Below, piece after piece: positions 52,262-64,000 of a stretch of 64,000 nt of DNA. Origin of the DNA: Adineta vaga (lineage: Eukaryota > Animalia > Rotifera); NCBI GenBank assembly GCA_021613535.1, contig CP075496.1:8556001-8620000 (forward strand). Direction: 5' to 3'. Every line of letters begins with the position of its first letter. The stretch's first letter is position 1. The notes below the pieces were generated by a model, which was given only the letters and a program-made list of their open reading frames with translations, made no database searches and had not been told where the DNA came from. Both the position numbers and the translations under genes were made by a program.

Positions 52262-53242
52262 TTAAAGGGATGAAATAAATAGATATTTATTGCGATCTCG
52301 ATTATTATCACGAGACAAATCTACTGTTCGAAATAAAGAATGTAATTGTTTGATAGAATTAGAATTGTTCAGTAGAACAATATTTAATGGAAGTTTTACT
52401 TTCAAAGCTATCAAATTTGGCACATATGTTGTTAATAGACGAGCGAATAAATCAAATGAAAATTCCATATTAAATTCATTTTCATCGATAATTAATTGGA
52501 AACTTTCTAAATTTGATAAAATGGATAATAACCATTCAATATGTTTATACCAATCATTTCCTAATGAATAAAATCGAATATAAAGTGAACGAATTGATCG
52601 ATGTATCGGAATGAATGCGAATGATAATTGAAAAGATAAATTTCTCAAACGAATGATTCGTAAATAAACTAAATTTGGACATGAAGAAAATATTTGTTGA
52701 TAATTATTTACTTTCCAAGTTGAAGGTGTGATGATTAATTGTTGAAGTGATTGAGACGATTGTGAATGGTTATTATCCAATGTTATTCGATCAATTTGAC
52801 AAATACATAAATGAGAAAGAGCAGAAGAGAATATTAAACTACATAATTGTTTTGAATGATCCAAAATGAAGAAATTTGATATTGATAGATGTTCGAGATA
52901 AGGTAAATATGATGATTGAATAGCATTACATTGAATTTCTGTTGGTCTTGATAGTTTTAATGAACGTAGATTTTTGTATGAAGAAAAATCGATTTGTTCA
53001 TCATGTTTAACAATTAATATCGAGACTTGTGATGCAAAGAATGGAATCGTTCGTGGCCGATTATCCCAATCTTCGTGAAGAATTAAATGAAGATTTTGTA
53101 GAGATTTGATAAGAATATTTAAACGTGAATTTAAATTGAAAAATGCTCCATATAAATCATACGGAGTAATGTACTGAAATAGTTCGATAAATAATTCATT
53201 AGGCAATATTTCAATGGTTGAAATAGTACTGTTCATTGCCAT
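52262..53242 (-). CDS. F-box-like/LRR protein
   Basis: IEILPNELFIELFQY...AFFNLNSRLN followed by LRR-like segments (YKNLRSLKL, LPYLEHLSI, CPNLVYLRI). Confidence 0.78.
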   Translation of the reverse strand: MAMNSTISTIEILPNELFIELFQYITPYDLYGAFFNLNSRLNILIKSLQNLHLILHEDWDNRPRTIPFFASQVSILIVKHDEQIDFSSYKNLRSLKLSRPTEIQCNAIQSSYLPYLEHLSISNFFILDHSKQLCSLIFSSALSHLCICQIDRITLDNNHSQSSQSLQQLIITPSTWKVNNYQQIFSSCPNLVYLRIIRLRNLSFQLSFAFIPIHRSIRSLYIRFYSLGNDWYKHIEWLLSILSNLESFQLIIDENEFNMEFSFDLFARLLTTYVPNLIALKVKLPLNIVLLNNSNSIKQLHSLFRTVDLSRDNNRDRNKYLFISSL

Positions 53243-54061
53243 TAAAAAGAATTCATTATCAATTTATGACATATTTTCATCGATGTCATTTGAAGCAAGA
53301 TATTACTACATCACGAGTGATGAGTTAGAAAAAAAAGGGAGACGTAAAACTATTTAGATCGATCATCAAAAGCGATGAAAGAGAGTATGGTTTGTTGACA
53401 GAAGAAGAAAAAAAGAAGAATTTCTGACTGGTCGAAGAAGTGTGTATATGGTCAGTCATCCTGTTAGAGTAGTAACGGTCAAGGCACGAAGAAAAGAAAC
53501 ATGTCGGTCATCAGTAAAAAAAAAAGAACGCAAAAGAAGAATAGAAAAAAAAAATATTGATGAATACCCCAATGTTAGACAACAAATACTCGTGTATAAC
53601 ATCAACTATTCATATGAGCATGTAACAAGCAAATAATGAAATGATATAGAAAAAAAAGACGATTTCATCTGTAGTGACAAAAAAAAGGTTTACATAATAA
53701 TTATTACATAAAACTATTCTTCGCTACAAAGTGATATTCTATCAAAGCCAGGAGATTTAACATTTTTATTGAAATATATAACAGAATCTTATCATGTCAA
53801 AACTATCCGTATATTCAGAAATTAAGACGTCACTAGACCCTCGATTGAGTTAATGGATATCATTCAAATGCAGAATAATCTACATTAGCTCATCTTGACA
53901 TACATCTTCCAATATTTATACTAAGTGTATGACGTTCGTTCTTCTTTTCTTTAGTCTTAACTATTTTATCATTCGCACATCAACTGACATATCAAAAGAG
54001 TATGAAAATAAATATTTTATTTTATTCATTACAAAATAATCTAAAACAAAGATATACATGA

Positions 54062-55517
54062 ATGAAAAGAATGAGTGACGATATATGTCGTAAGTTGAAA
54101 AAGAATTATTAAGATTTAGATTAAATCTTTGCTATTTCCTATAGAAGAAATTCTGTTGTCTAAAACTCTTAAAACTGATTCATTTACATCATTAAAATTA
54201 TCTCCAAATGACTGGATAATATCTTCAAGTAATGCCATTAGTTGCATTTACTTTTATAATATTCAACAATGGCCATTATACAAAAAACAAAACAACAATA
54301 ATATCTTTATGAATGTTGAAAAATTGATTTCAAGTTTACAAATCTTATTGAAACATTATCCTTTACTAACCGGTACATTCAAAATATTCGATACAGATAA
54401 CAAAGTATCCCTTGAAAATGACGAGAATAATGGTGGCATTGTATTTGTTTCAACATGCGTCAATATTCCAATCAAGGAACTGCCAATATCAATTGATCAA
54501 TATACTAATACTAAGAAAATACCAGAATCATTACAATTGATTAATTCATTCACTGCAAATGTTCCATTTCATGTTCGTCATACTCGATTTTCATGCGGTA
54601 GTGTTGCACTTGGTATATCATTGAATCATCAAGTTGCTGATGCTCACTCCTATTTTCAACTGATTGATGATTGGAGACAAATTTATCAAAATTCGAATTA
54701 TCAATCGAATGTTTGTCATCAAAGATCACTTCTTCAGCCAACTCTCGCAGAAATTCAACAATTAAAAAATTCAAATCCAAATTTTAACAATCGAAAAAGT
54801 CTTTCATTTAAACACGAAGAACTATCTTCTCTTCCGATGCTACCAAAAGAAACTATTATCAAAATATTTCGATTCTCAAATGATGAATTACAACGAATGA
54901 AGTCTGATGCTGTAATTCATTTATCATCCGATATTGATTATCTATCTACATTTGAAGTCCTGACTGCACATCTTTATCGACATGTAATGTTTGCTCGTCA
55001 TCATTCAACATCATCAATACAAACAAAACTTTATATTTCAACTAATATTCGTCCACGTTTGATTCAACCATCCATTCCTAATACTTATTTCGGTAATGCA
55101 ATTATGCTTTCGTATTCTGAAATGATGATGCGAGATTTATTGAATTTAAATTCTCTTAGTTTAATTGCTAGTCAAGTACATAAATCAATTGAAGAGAATA
55201 CAAGTAATGATATTCGAACGACCTTAGCATGGATTAGTTGTCAAGATGATAAGATGAAAATAACACCAACTTGGAATTTAGATACAACAGATTTTACAAT
55301 TTCAGCTTGGAATAAAATGGGAATGTATGCAAAATCAGAATTTGAAATTGATGTTCCTGCATGTCGAATTATACTTCCACAGAATACGAATTTTAATGGT
55401 GCAGCAACTTTATTTTCAACAGAAGATAATGATGGAAGTATTGATGTCTTTTTAGGATTAGAAGTGAATGAAATGAATCAATTAGAAAAAAACTTAGATT
55501 TCAGAAAATATCGTTGA
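54062..55517 (+). CDS. BAHD/Tri101-like CoA-dependent acyltransferase (Transferase family); micro first exon 54062-54089, intron 54090-54144
   Basis: HYPLLTG, TRFSCGSVALGISLNHQVADAHS (HxxxD), LSTFEVLTAHL, NIRPRL...YFGNA; GTAAGT...TAG intron in phase 1. Confidence 0.9.
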
Positions 55518-56078
55518 TAAGATACTCAATTTAATCATACATCATTTCTTGATCTCAAAAAAACTATTTCTTTTTTTCAGAACCCAACATCTGTAAGCGC
55601 TATTTTTCTAAAATCTGTCTATTCACATGCAAAAAGAATAATAAATCCTTTAATTTATAATTCCACTCTCTAGATATTCAATAATGCATGCACTAGAAGA
55701 AAAACTCAATAACTTAGTTTTTTTTAAATTCTATCAAATAAACATCTGCAGATAAGATTGAATCGAAAAGCTTGATTATTTATGACGTCAACTAGAATCT
55801 CTGTCATCTGTTAAGAAAATTTTACGATGATTAGATCAGCATTCTTTGTTCTTCACACAATACCTCGACATGATAAGAAAAATGACATACTACTTTGTTT
55901 TTTTTAATTATGTTTTTAGACAAAACCTTCCGGTTCTCTCAAACAGATGACACTTTATTAAAATGTTTCAAAGAAATGCATTGACACATAATCTTTATAT
56001 AATTTTCAGATTCGACTTGTTATAATCTAAGCATTTCTTTTCTCTATACAGATTCTTTATACTCTATCAAAAAAATTA

Positions 56079-57068
56079 ATGTCATTTCTGATCAGCACTT
56101 CGTATTATATTACTGTTTATATTGGTGCATGTATTTATATTTTCGGTTTCTTGGGTAGTTTAAGTAATATTGGTATTCTTTTTTCTAAACGACACAATCC
56201 ATGTACATTTTTATTAATTTATTCATCAATCATTGATTTTTTTGTTCTAAATGTTGGTTTATTACCACGTATATTAGCTGTAGGATTTAATATTGATCCG
56301 GTATTATCGAATTTAATCTGGTGTAAAATTCGAACTTATGCTTTACGTATAACAACATTAGTTTCAATCTACAGTGTTTCTCTTATGTCAATCGAACGAT
56401 TTTTTGTCAGTTGTCGAACAGTACGATGGAGACAATGGAGTAATCTTTCATTTATTCGTTGGCTAATGTTTTTCCTTACATTCTTTATTGCTATTGAAGG
56501 TCTTCCATTCTTTATTCTTACGCAAATTCATCGTACAAATACGAGTATTAGCTGTACACCGATGTATAATTCAATTTTTGCTAGATATGCATCCTTCTTT
56601 TGTATACCTGTTCTTTATGGTATACTTCCATTGAGTATTATGATATTTATGAGTATTCTAATATATTATAAATTACAACGAAGAATTCATCTTCGAAAAG
56701 TACAACGTTCTTTAACATTAATTATACTTTTTCGAATATTGATTGTAGTCATTTCTTTGGGTCCATATGCAGCATATTTTGTTTATTCAGCGATTGTTAT
56801 GATTACAGTATCGGAGAAATCTTCAGAAAGAACAGCAATAGAAAATTATATTTTAAATATTGCTAGCATTATTCTTTATCTAACACATTCTTCATCGTTT
56901 TTTATTTATTATTATTTATCAGCATCTTATCGAAAGGAGATATTCAATGTACTTCGATATTTATGTCAAAAGAGAAGAACAAATACTATACGACCTACAC
57001 AACTGCCGGCAATTGTTTTAATTGAAAGAAATGTTGTTAATAATGAAGAAGATGATGAAATTCATTAG
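56079..57068 (+). CDS. Rhodopsin-like 7TM GPCR, intronless
   Basis: IWCKIR, MSIERF, SFFIY...SYRKE motifs with seven TM segments. Confidence 0.87.
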   Translation: MSFLISTSYYITVYIGACIYIFGFLGSLSNIGILFSKRHNPCTFLLIYSSIIDFFVLNVGLLPRILAVGFNIDPVLSNLIWCKIRTYALRITTLVSIYSVSLMSIERFFVSCRTVRWRQWSNLSFIRWLMFFLTFFIAIEGLPFFILTQIHRTNTSISCTPMYNSIFARYASFFCIPVLYGILPLSIMIFMSILIYYKLQRRIHLRKVQRSLTLIILFRILIVVISLGPYAAYFVYSAIVMITVSEKSSERTAIENYILNIASIILYLTHSSSFFIYYYLSASYRKEIFNVLRYLCQKRRTNTIRPTQLPAIVLIERNVVNNEEDDEIH

Positions 57069-57724
57069 AAAAAAACGGCTTGTTCGTCATATGGAAAATC
57101 TTATCTAACTTATTGATGTTTCTCGGTGGGTTCAAAATATACAAAAGAATCTACATGTATTAATTAATTTGAATAAGTTGATCTATGATAAGAAAACTAA
57201 TTAAATATTTGAACAGTACAATGGTGTATTCAAATTGACGATGGATAAAAACTATAATAATAATTGAAGAAAAAGAGAACACAACATGACAATAACGTCG
57301 AAAAAACTTGTTTTTATATTTGTCTTAACAACGTTATATTTCTATTTTCAAATAAATAATAAATCATATAAACTTCAAAATACAATTTTGATGTATATTT
57401 TATTAACATTCATGATACTACTTTACATACTATCTAATGATCTATCATTTTGATAATCAAAATTCTAGGTATATATGAACCTGAGAAGGAAAAAGAGACC
57501 ATGTCTTGTGTATACACACGTATAGAACATGAGAAAGAAAAACAAAAGTGATGCTGATTCTGATATATATATACTATTACTCATCGATTAAAGTTAAATA
57601 GAACGATAGAAAAATTTTTTTTTTCTTTTCATCTGATGTTGTTTCGAGAGAAAAAAACAGTGTGCAGAATTAATCTTATCGGTACATAGTTATGTATATT
57701 TTTTTCTTCTGAGATTGATGAATC

Positions 57725-60700
57725 ATGACTACAAACAGTATGGATTTAACATATATTGATTTCAATCATGATTGGAAATATTTTTATCAATCATCAAATG
57801 ATAAAACGATTGTATCAACGACTGATGATCCTGATCAACATTGGTCTTCAATTGATTTACCACATGTTCTGGAGAAAAACAAATCTAATGCAGATCCTGA
57901 TAAATGGTGGTATATAAAACAATTTGAATGGTTTGCAACAAATTACCAATCGGAACACGAAATTTATTTCAATTTTCAAATATCGGACATTTGCGAGAAG
58001 AAATTTGATATTCATGCTACTATATGGCTTAATAACAAAGAAATATTTTCGGGTTTATTATCATCGTTAAACAAACCTATGGAAATATCTCCCAAATTAT
58101 TACATAGAGAAGATAAACATGCTAATACATTAGTGATCTGTTGTTTAAATATGAGTCTTATCTATCGTATTTCACTTTTGACCCATGCAAAAATAATTTG
58201 TGCCACTGGACAAGTAATGACAGATGAAAACTTGAAAGATTCTGAGAAGAAACCAATAGATGTTTTGGATTATACAGTGAGCATCGATAATTCAGATGGA
58301 CGTATTGATCTTGCTTTCAATCCAAAACTGAAATCTCAATTGTCATTAGTATCATTGATACAAGAAAATGTTTCTTCAATTGTTAAAGATGATAAAAAGA
58401 ATGAAAACATTGACGAAGATTTTCTTGTACCTCGTCTAGCAATTCTAATACTTATAGTTGGTACACGAGGTGATGTTCAACCATTTATTGCGTAAGTTAA
58501 TTTAATTATTTCTTAGATAACAGCAAAATCGTATGTATCTACTGTTTTCAGTCTTGGACAAGCACTTCGTCAAGTTGGACATCGTGTTCGATTAGCTACA
58601 CATGAAACATTTCGTTCATTTGTTCGTGGTAATGGTTTAGAATTCTATCCATTAGCTGGCGATCCAGCTGATCTAATGTCATTTATGGTAAAAAATGCAG
58701 GTATTATTCCTTCGATAAGTAGTATTCTTGAAGGTGACATTCAAAAAAAGCGTCGTTGTCTTGCTGAAATTCTTGCTTCAACATGGTTAGCATGTATAGC
58801 TGATGATGATGAAACAAAAGCACCCTTTACTGCCGAAGCAATCATAGCAAATCCACCATCATTTGGTCATATTCATTGTGCAGAAAAATTACAAATTCCT
58901 TTACATATCATGTTTACAATGCCTTGGACACCAACAACAGAATTTCCTCATCCATTAGCCAACATTGAAAGTTCCATTGGACCGAAAGAAAAAATTAATT
59001 TATATTCATATGACGTCATTGAAATGCTAGTAAGTTTATAAATGAAAAGAAGGATGACTCAAAATTTCTTCTTTATTTTGCTTTCTATTTCATAAGACAT
59101 GGACAGGTATGCGTGATATTGTCAATAATTTTCGAAAGAAAACTTTGGGACTCAGAGAATTACACGTACGTCAAGCGATCAATGTCTTAATCGATGAATA
59201 TGTACCACATACATATTGTTGGTCACCATCGCTTGTCGTTAAACCAAAAGACTGGGGAGCTCATATAGATGTGTCAGGATTTTTCTTTCTCAATCTTGGT
59301 ACTGCATATACTAATCCACCAGATGATCTTCTTGAATTTCTGGGTATCAATCATGATGGCACACGTAACGCTCGTCATCTATCTCCTCCAATTTATATCG
59401 GTTTTGGTTCGATTACAGGTCATGATTCTCGTCGACTTCTAAAAATTGTTCTTGTTGCTGTAGAACAAACTGGATATCGAGTTTTATTATCTGGTCTAGC
59501 AACGGATACAGATCGATTACCATCGAATATATTCAGAATCGGAAATGTACCACACGATTGGCTTTTTCAATACGGTAAGTATTCTTCATTATCATAAAGG
59601 AACATATCATTGAGTATATTATGATTTATTTAGTATCTGCTGTTTGTCATCATGGTGGAGCTGGTACAACAGCTGCTGGTCTACGTGCTGGTAAACCAAC
59701 AATTATTGTGCCATTTTTTGGTGATCAATTTTTTTGGGGAAATATAATTGAGAAGAGTGGAGCTGGTTCACAACCACTTCCAGGAAAATCAATTACTAGT
59801 TCTCAACTAATTGAAGCATTTCGTTTTGTTCATAAACCATCAACATGTGCTGCTGCAGAACGAATTCGTGATGCTATTTTAAAAGAAAATGGATGTGCTG
59901 CAGCAGTTTATGCATTTCATGCTAATTTACCTTTGACACGTATGCACAGTGATCTGGAACCAACATTTGCTGCTTGTTATTATTTGGAAAAATACAATAT
60001 ACAAATATCACGACCTGTTGCTCAAGTACTTGTTGCAGCAGGTGCTTTGGAAGAATCTGAACTTTGTCACCATATTACACGAGAATGGCAATTTGAACAT
60101 GATAATCGTGTACATTTATTGACTCATGGTATTATTGAACATTCTCAAAAAGCTTTTTCAAGTATGTTTATTGATACTGCGGACGATTTAAAACGTGCTG
60201 TTAATAATGATAATGCAGTAAAAGGAACATTAGAAGGTGTAGGAAGTGTTGCTAAAGGTTTTGGTCTAGGTCTAGGTCATTTAACAATTGGATGTTTATC
60301 TCTATATGGTGAAATGACTGATGCACTCAATGTTATTACGTCACTTTATGATCCCTATAGGTAAGATTATTTGTTTCATTCCATAAATATTTCAAGGAAG
60401 ATCATATGATTAATAATTCATTGTGTAGTGATACAAAGACACGACAGCGACCACGAGTAACAGATTTTAAATCGGGTGCTAAGGCAGCTGGTTTAGCTCT
60501 ATTCAATGGTTGGAAAGATGGAATCACTGGTATCATCAAACAACCACGAGCGGGTTATGAAAAACATGGTGTATTAGGTAGTGCAGCTGGATCGGTTATA
60601 GCAACAGTGAACATTGCTGTAAAACCAACAGTAGGAACTCTTTCATCTATTACTTGGTTAAGTCGCGGTACTTATGCGAGTGTTAGAAAAACAATTGAAA

Positions 60701-60975
60701 CTTATCGCAATGAAGGACGACGAATTTCATCGAAACTATTCGATGCATCATTATCATCGATCGAAGATAACGAACGAAAACATGACGAAAGTAATGATAA
60801 TGATGAATCATTTTCGACCAATGTCAAGACAGCAGCAACAAGATCGGGCTTTCATCCAAAAACATGTCAAACTATTCTTGATGAATTTGAAAAAATTAAA
60901 AGAGAACAAGTACAAAAGATTGATGTAAAAATAAGCAAAAAGAAGAGTATATCGAATTTTTTTTTGAAAAAGTAA
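57725..60975 (+). CDS. Sterol 3-beta-glucosyltransferase-like (UGT80/Atg26-type) multidomain protein; introns 58492-58551, 59030-59096, 59575-59633, 60361-60428
   Basis: [13 protein letters not shown]|LG...[93 protein letters not shown]; all four introns preserve the frame. Confidence 0.92.
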
Positions 60976-61019
60976 ATATATCGTCATCTGAATAAATGAC
61001 TGCATATCAAACAAACTAT

Positions 61020-61790
61020 GTATAAGAATGTATTAAACAAGATCTCCAATGGTTGTCAACATTCTTTCTTCAGAAAATATTCTACTTGATGGTAAAAACG
61101 TGGTATAAAGACTATATAAGTATAAAAGCTAATCTGTTATAGAATAAAATGTGAAAAGTATGAATTAGAAACAAAAATAATTTTATCGTATAAATGAGTA
61201 GAAGAATGGAAATAATGATTGCCTGTATAAAATATCCAATTGCATGTTTTGATGGTTTAGTTTTCGATAGCAGAAATTGAACAGTGTAGATTTGTTGACG
61301 AACATACGGTGAAACTGAACAAGCTAATAAATCGAAAACGAATGTAATTACAATAGGAAGAAAGCCAATCGAAACTGGATAGAAGATATATGTTGAATAA
61401 GAGAAAAATATCGGATTTAATATGACTGATGCATAAAACGAAAAACAAACTATAGTAGTAATATATTATGCTAGTTTCAATGTAAAAAGTCGTCTTAGAT
61501 TGACTGATATAGTAAGAGTGTGTATCGATTTCTACATTATACACGATAATAACCTGTCAGATCATCACCATATATTGATGTTAAGATGGTTAAAATTATT
61601 GAAATAAATCGATAGAAGAAACTAGCGATTGATTCAACAATAAGATAAAACAGATCTTGATTATTACGGAAATGTTTTGACTGATTGAGAACAAGAATAT
61701 TTAAATCATTACCAATAATTCCCAAAGTAAATACAATACAATCGGTATAAAATGTGTGATCAGTGACGAATTTTAGTAAACCTGAGGACA
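61020..61790 (-). pseudogene. Degraded rhodopsin-like GPCR
   Basis: TM1-TM2-like FTLGIIGNDLNILV...FYLIVESIA followed by frameshifted, stop-containing fragments. Confidence 0.65.
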
Positions 61791-61937
61791 TTGTAAAAAA
61801 CTGTGATACGTTATTCAAAGTGACTTAATGTATGAAAATCTAATTACATTTGATAGATACTGCTTTGCCGAAGAGTTTTTATAATCTCGAGAGTATGATT
61901 AAAAAGGATAAAATTAATAAAAATAAGTACTAAAAAA

Positions 61938-62860
61938 TTAAAGAACTTGACCCTCTCTATTTGACCACCATTTTTCTATGAACTCATCGATTTTGGTTAG
62001 TTTCATTTCCGAAAAACGTTGATTTAATGTTGGTTCATATTCTACTTCTCCTCGAGCAAAATGAACCATTGAATCAGGATACAATGTATCGATCAAGTTG
62101 ACCGGATTTGGACTTCGTGTTGCTAACATTTCGTCAATGGTAAGACGTTGTACAAGAAATTTTTGATGTCGGACTTTTTCTCCTAATCGAATGATTTCAT
62201 TCCAACTTGTCCGTGATCCAATAATTCCCGAATGAGGTTCCCATCGTTCTAAATCAAGTGCAGCTGCAACAAACTTTGCAACATCTTCTAACAAAGTAAC
62301 ATTCAATGGTTCATCGCCAGTACCAGCAAACCAAGCAGTACATTTATTAATATCAACACCAAAAACCATCGGCTCCAAAGAAGGATTACTTCGTTGCGGT
62401 GTTGCAAAATAATCCATAAATAATCCATTTAGAAATAAAGTATATTCAATACCAGATTTTTTTACGGCATCAACAACTGGCTTCTTTACTTTCGTAAATA
62501 ATTCTATCGATTCATTTCTCTCACTTGTACCAGTCCATTCAGAGGGTGCAAATCGTTTTACACCAGCATCGATTGATGCTTTTAGTAGAGCAATTTGAGC
62601 ATCACGACAGATTCATTCACATCAGCAATACATGATATGACAGTATGAACATTTTCTAAACCTTTAACAAGTTGTTGATGATCATTATAATCGACTGTAA
62701 TGAAGATAACATCTTTGGATACCAGATCAGATGATTGTTGACGTGAAAATACAACAACTCTATACTTTCCAGTGGTATGAATTGCATTTACAATATTTCG
62801 ACCAACCGATCCTGTCCCTCCTGCAACAACAACTTTTTTCATTTCATCCATCTTTAACAT
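61938..62860 (-). pseudogene. NmrA/isoflavone-reductase-like oxidoreductase with an apparent 1-nt frameshift near 62610
   Basis: VVAGGTGSVG Rossmann motif; after ...DVNES the homologous sequence RDAQIALLKASIDAGVKRFAPSEW...IEYTLFLNGLFMDY continues in another frame. Could be an assembly error. Confidence 0.75.
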
Positions 62861-63022
62861 TCAGTAAACTATTCTCGTGTTTGTTTTTATATACAAAAGA
62901 TAACTATTTTGATTCTAAGATATCAACATTTCAAGCACATTTAAACACAAAAAATGAGTACAGATGACACGTATATACTTTAAAAACACTACCATTATCT
63001 TTTAGACAAAAATATCCAAGTT

Positions 63023-63541
63023 TTAATTTTTAATTTTGCCTTGTTCGTTATCGTACGCTTGGAGACATCTGTAAGACCAAAAAGCAGTCACTAAATCTTG
63101 AAGACCAAAAATAATCAGTTGTATTTCAATAGAACTAGAACCGACAGTAATAAAAAAACATAATCATTCAATTACTTTCAAAGTAATACTCACTAAAAAT
63201 ATACCATAGCAACTATTACAGGTAGAGCAAACAAACGTCCTATTATACTTGCTCTAAATATTGAAAAATAAAACCAAATTGAAAGTTAAAAACAATTTCA
63301 ATTTTCATTACCGAAAAAAATCAATCAATCCATATTTTCCAGCAATATAATAATAGTATCCAATGATGGCTACACCTAAACCTGTTGATCGTACATATTG
63401 AGCAGCTTGTGCTGTTTGAAGAGGTAATACGAATAATAATTTCGTTGCCAAATGTGGAAAGAGTAGAAGTAATAAGCCTTGAATGATTAATAATATTCCC
63501 ACCGATGTAAAACTTGTTTTTAATGCTCGTTCAGTCGACAT
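63023..63541 (-). CDS. Small four-TM membrane protein, 3 exons
   Basis: MSTERALK...YVRSTGLGVAIIGYYY...FFR|ASIIGRLF...|SIEIQLIIFGLQDLVTAFWSY...KIKN*; GT-AG introns preserve the frame. Confidence 0.75.
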
Positions 63542-63851
63542 TCTTGAATACAATTCTATCCAAAAGAAAACGATTTTGTTTTTCTTTCTGTTTTTCACGT
63601 GGGTAACAGCGTCCTTGTGTTTACGTCTTTTTTCTATTACTATGACAGAAAGAGAGAAACGTTCTCTTTTTTCTTTCAGTCAACGATTTGTTCGTCGCTA
63701 TTGGTCTAGTCAATTCTAAGTAGATACAAACACATCTTTTTTCGTATAGGCTTGTTATTTTTACTCGAAAAAAAAAGAGAAAAAATATTTTAACATAAAT
63801 TTCAGTTTTTTATCACCAGGTATTTTGATGCATTGATAGTTTCTTCAAGGT

Positions 63852-64000
63852 TCAGAAAAATAGGACTGACGCGTAGCCCAGCGTCGATGTGGATAATCAT
63901 GTTTATATGCCGTTGGAATCCAAACTGGTCGTTCTTCTGGTATTCGGCGTTGACGAAGACGTTGAAGATCAAGTTGTCGAGATAAATATTCCGATAATTT
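63852..64000 (-). CDS. 3' end of an unidentified gene extending beyond the window
   Basis: Open frame KLSEYLSRQLDLQRLRQRRIPEERPVWIPTAYKHDYPHRRWATRQSYFF*. Confidence 0.55.

Noticed and set aside
36000-63000. Bacterial contamination or an operon
   Set aside because: Genes have spliceosomal introns, similar AT-rich composition and are interleaved with metazoan GPCR, EGF and F-box genes.

Overview
AT-rich, gene-dense eukaryotic genomic DNA with short (about 47-75 nt) GT-AG introns, most likely from a bdelloid rotifer. This is inferred from the long-tailed H2A variant, the expanded rhodopsin-like GPCR, F-box-like and ART-LRR families, and many bacterial/fungal-type genes carrying spliceosomal introns. 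The left part (0.7-26 kb) is mainly conserved metazoan genes: MRPL43, FICD, EDEM3, an H2A-H2B-H4 histone cluster without H3, COQ3 and CACNB. All three histone genes share a variant 3' stem-loop and a downstream ATTCARAAATG motif. At 27-30 kb, two disabled genes flank two MITEs with perfect target-site duplications. The right part (32-64 kb) is an accessory region: a macin-like peptide, a stand-alone CHAP amidase, five tandem type II membrane FkbM-family methyltransferases sharing one intron, a GlpQ-like phosphodiesterase, a TylF-like fragment, a BAHD-type acyltransferase, a multidomain sterol glucosyltransferase and an NmrA-like reductase. All calls come from motif recognition and manual splicing; no database search was run.
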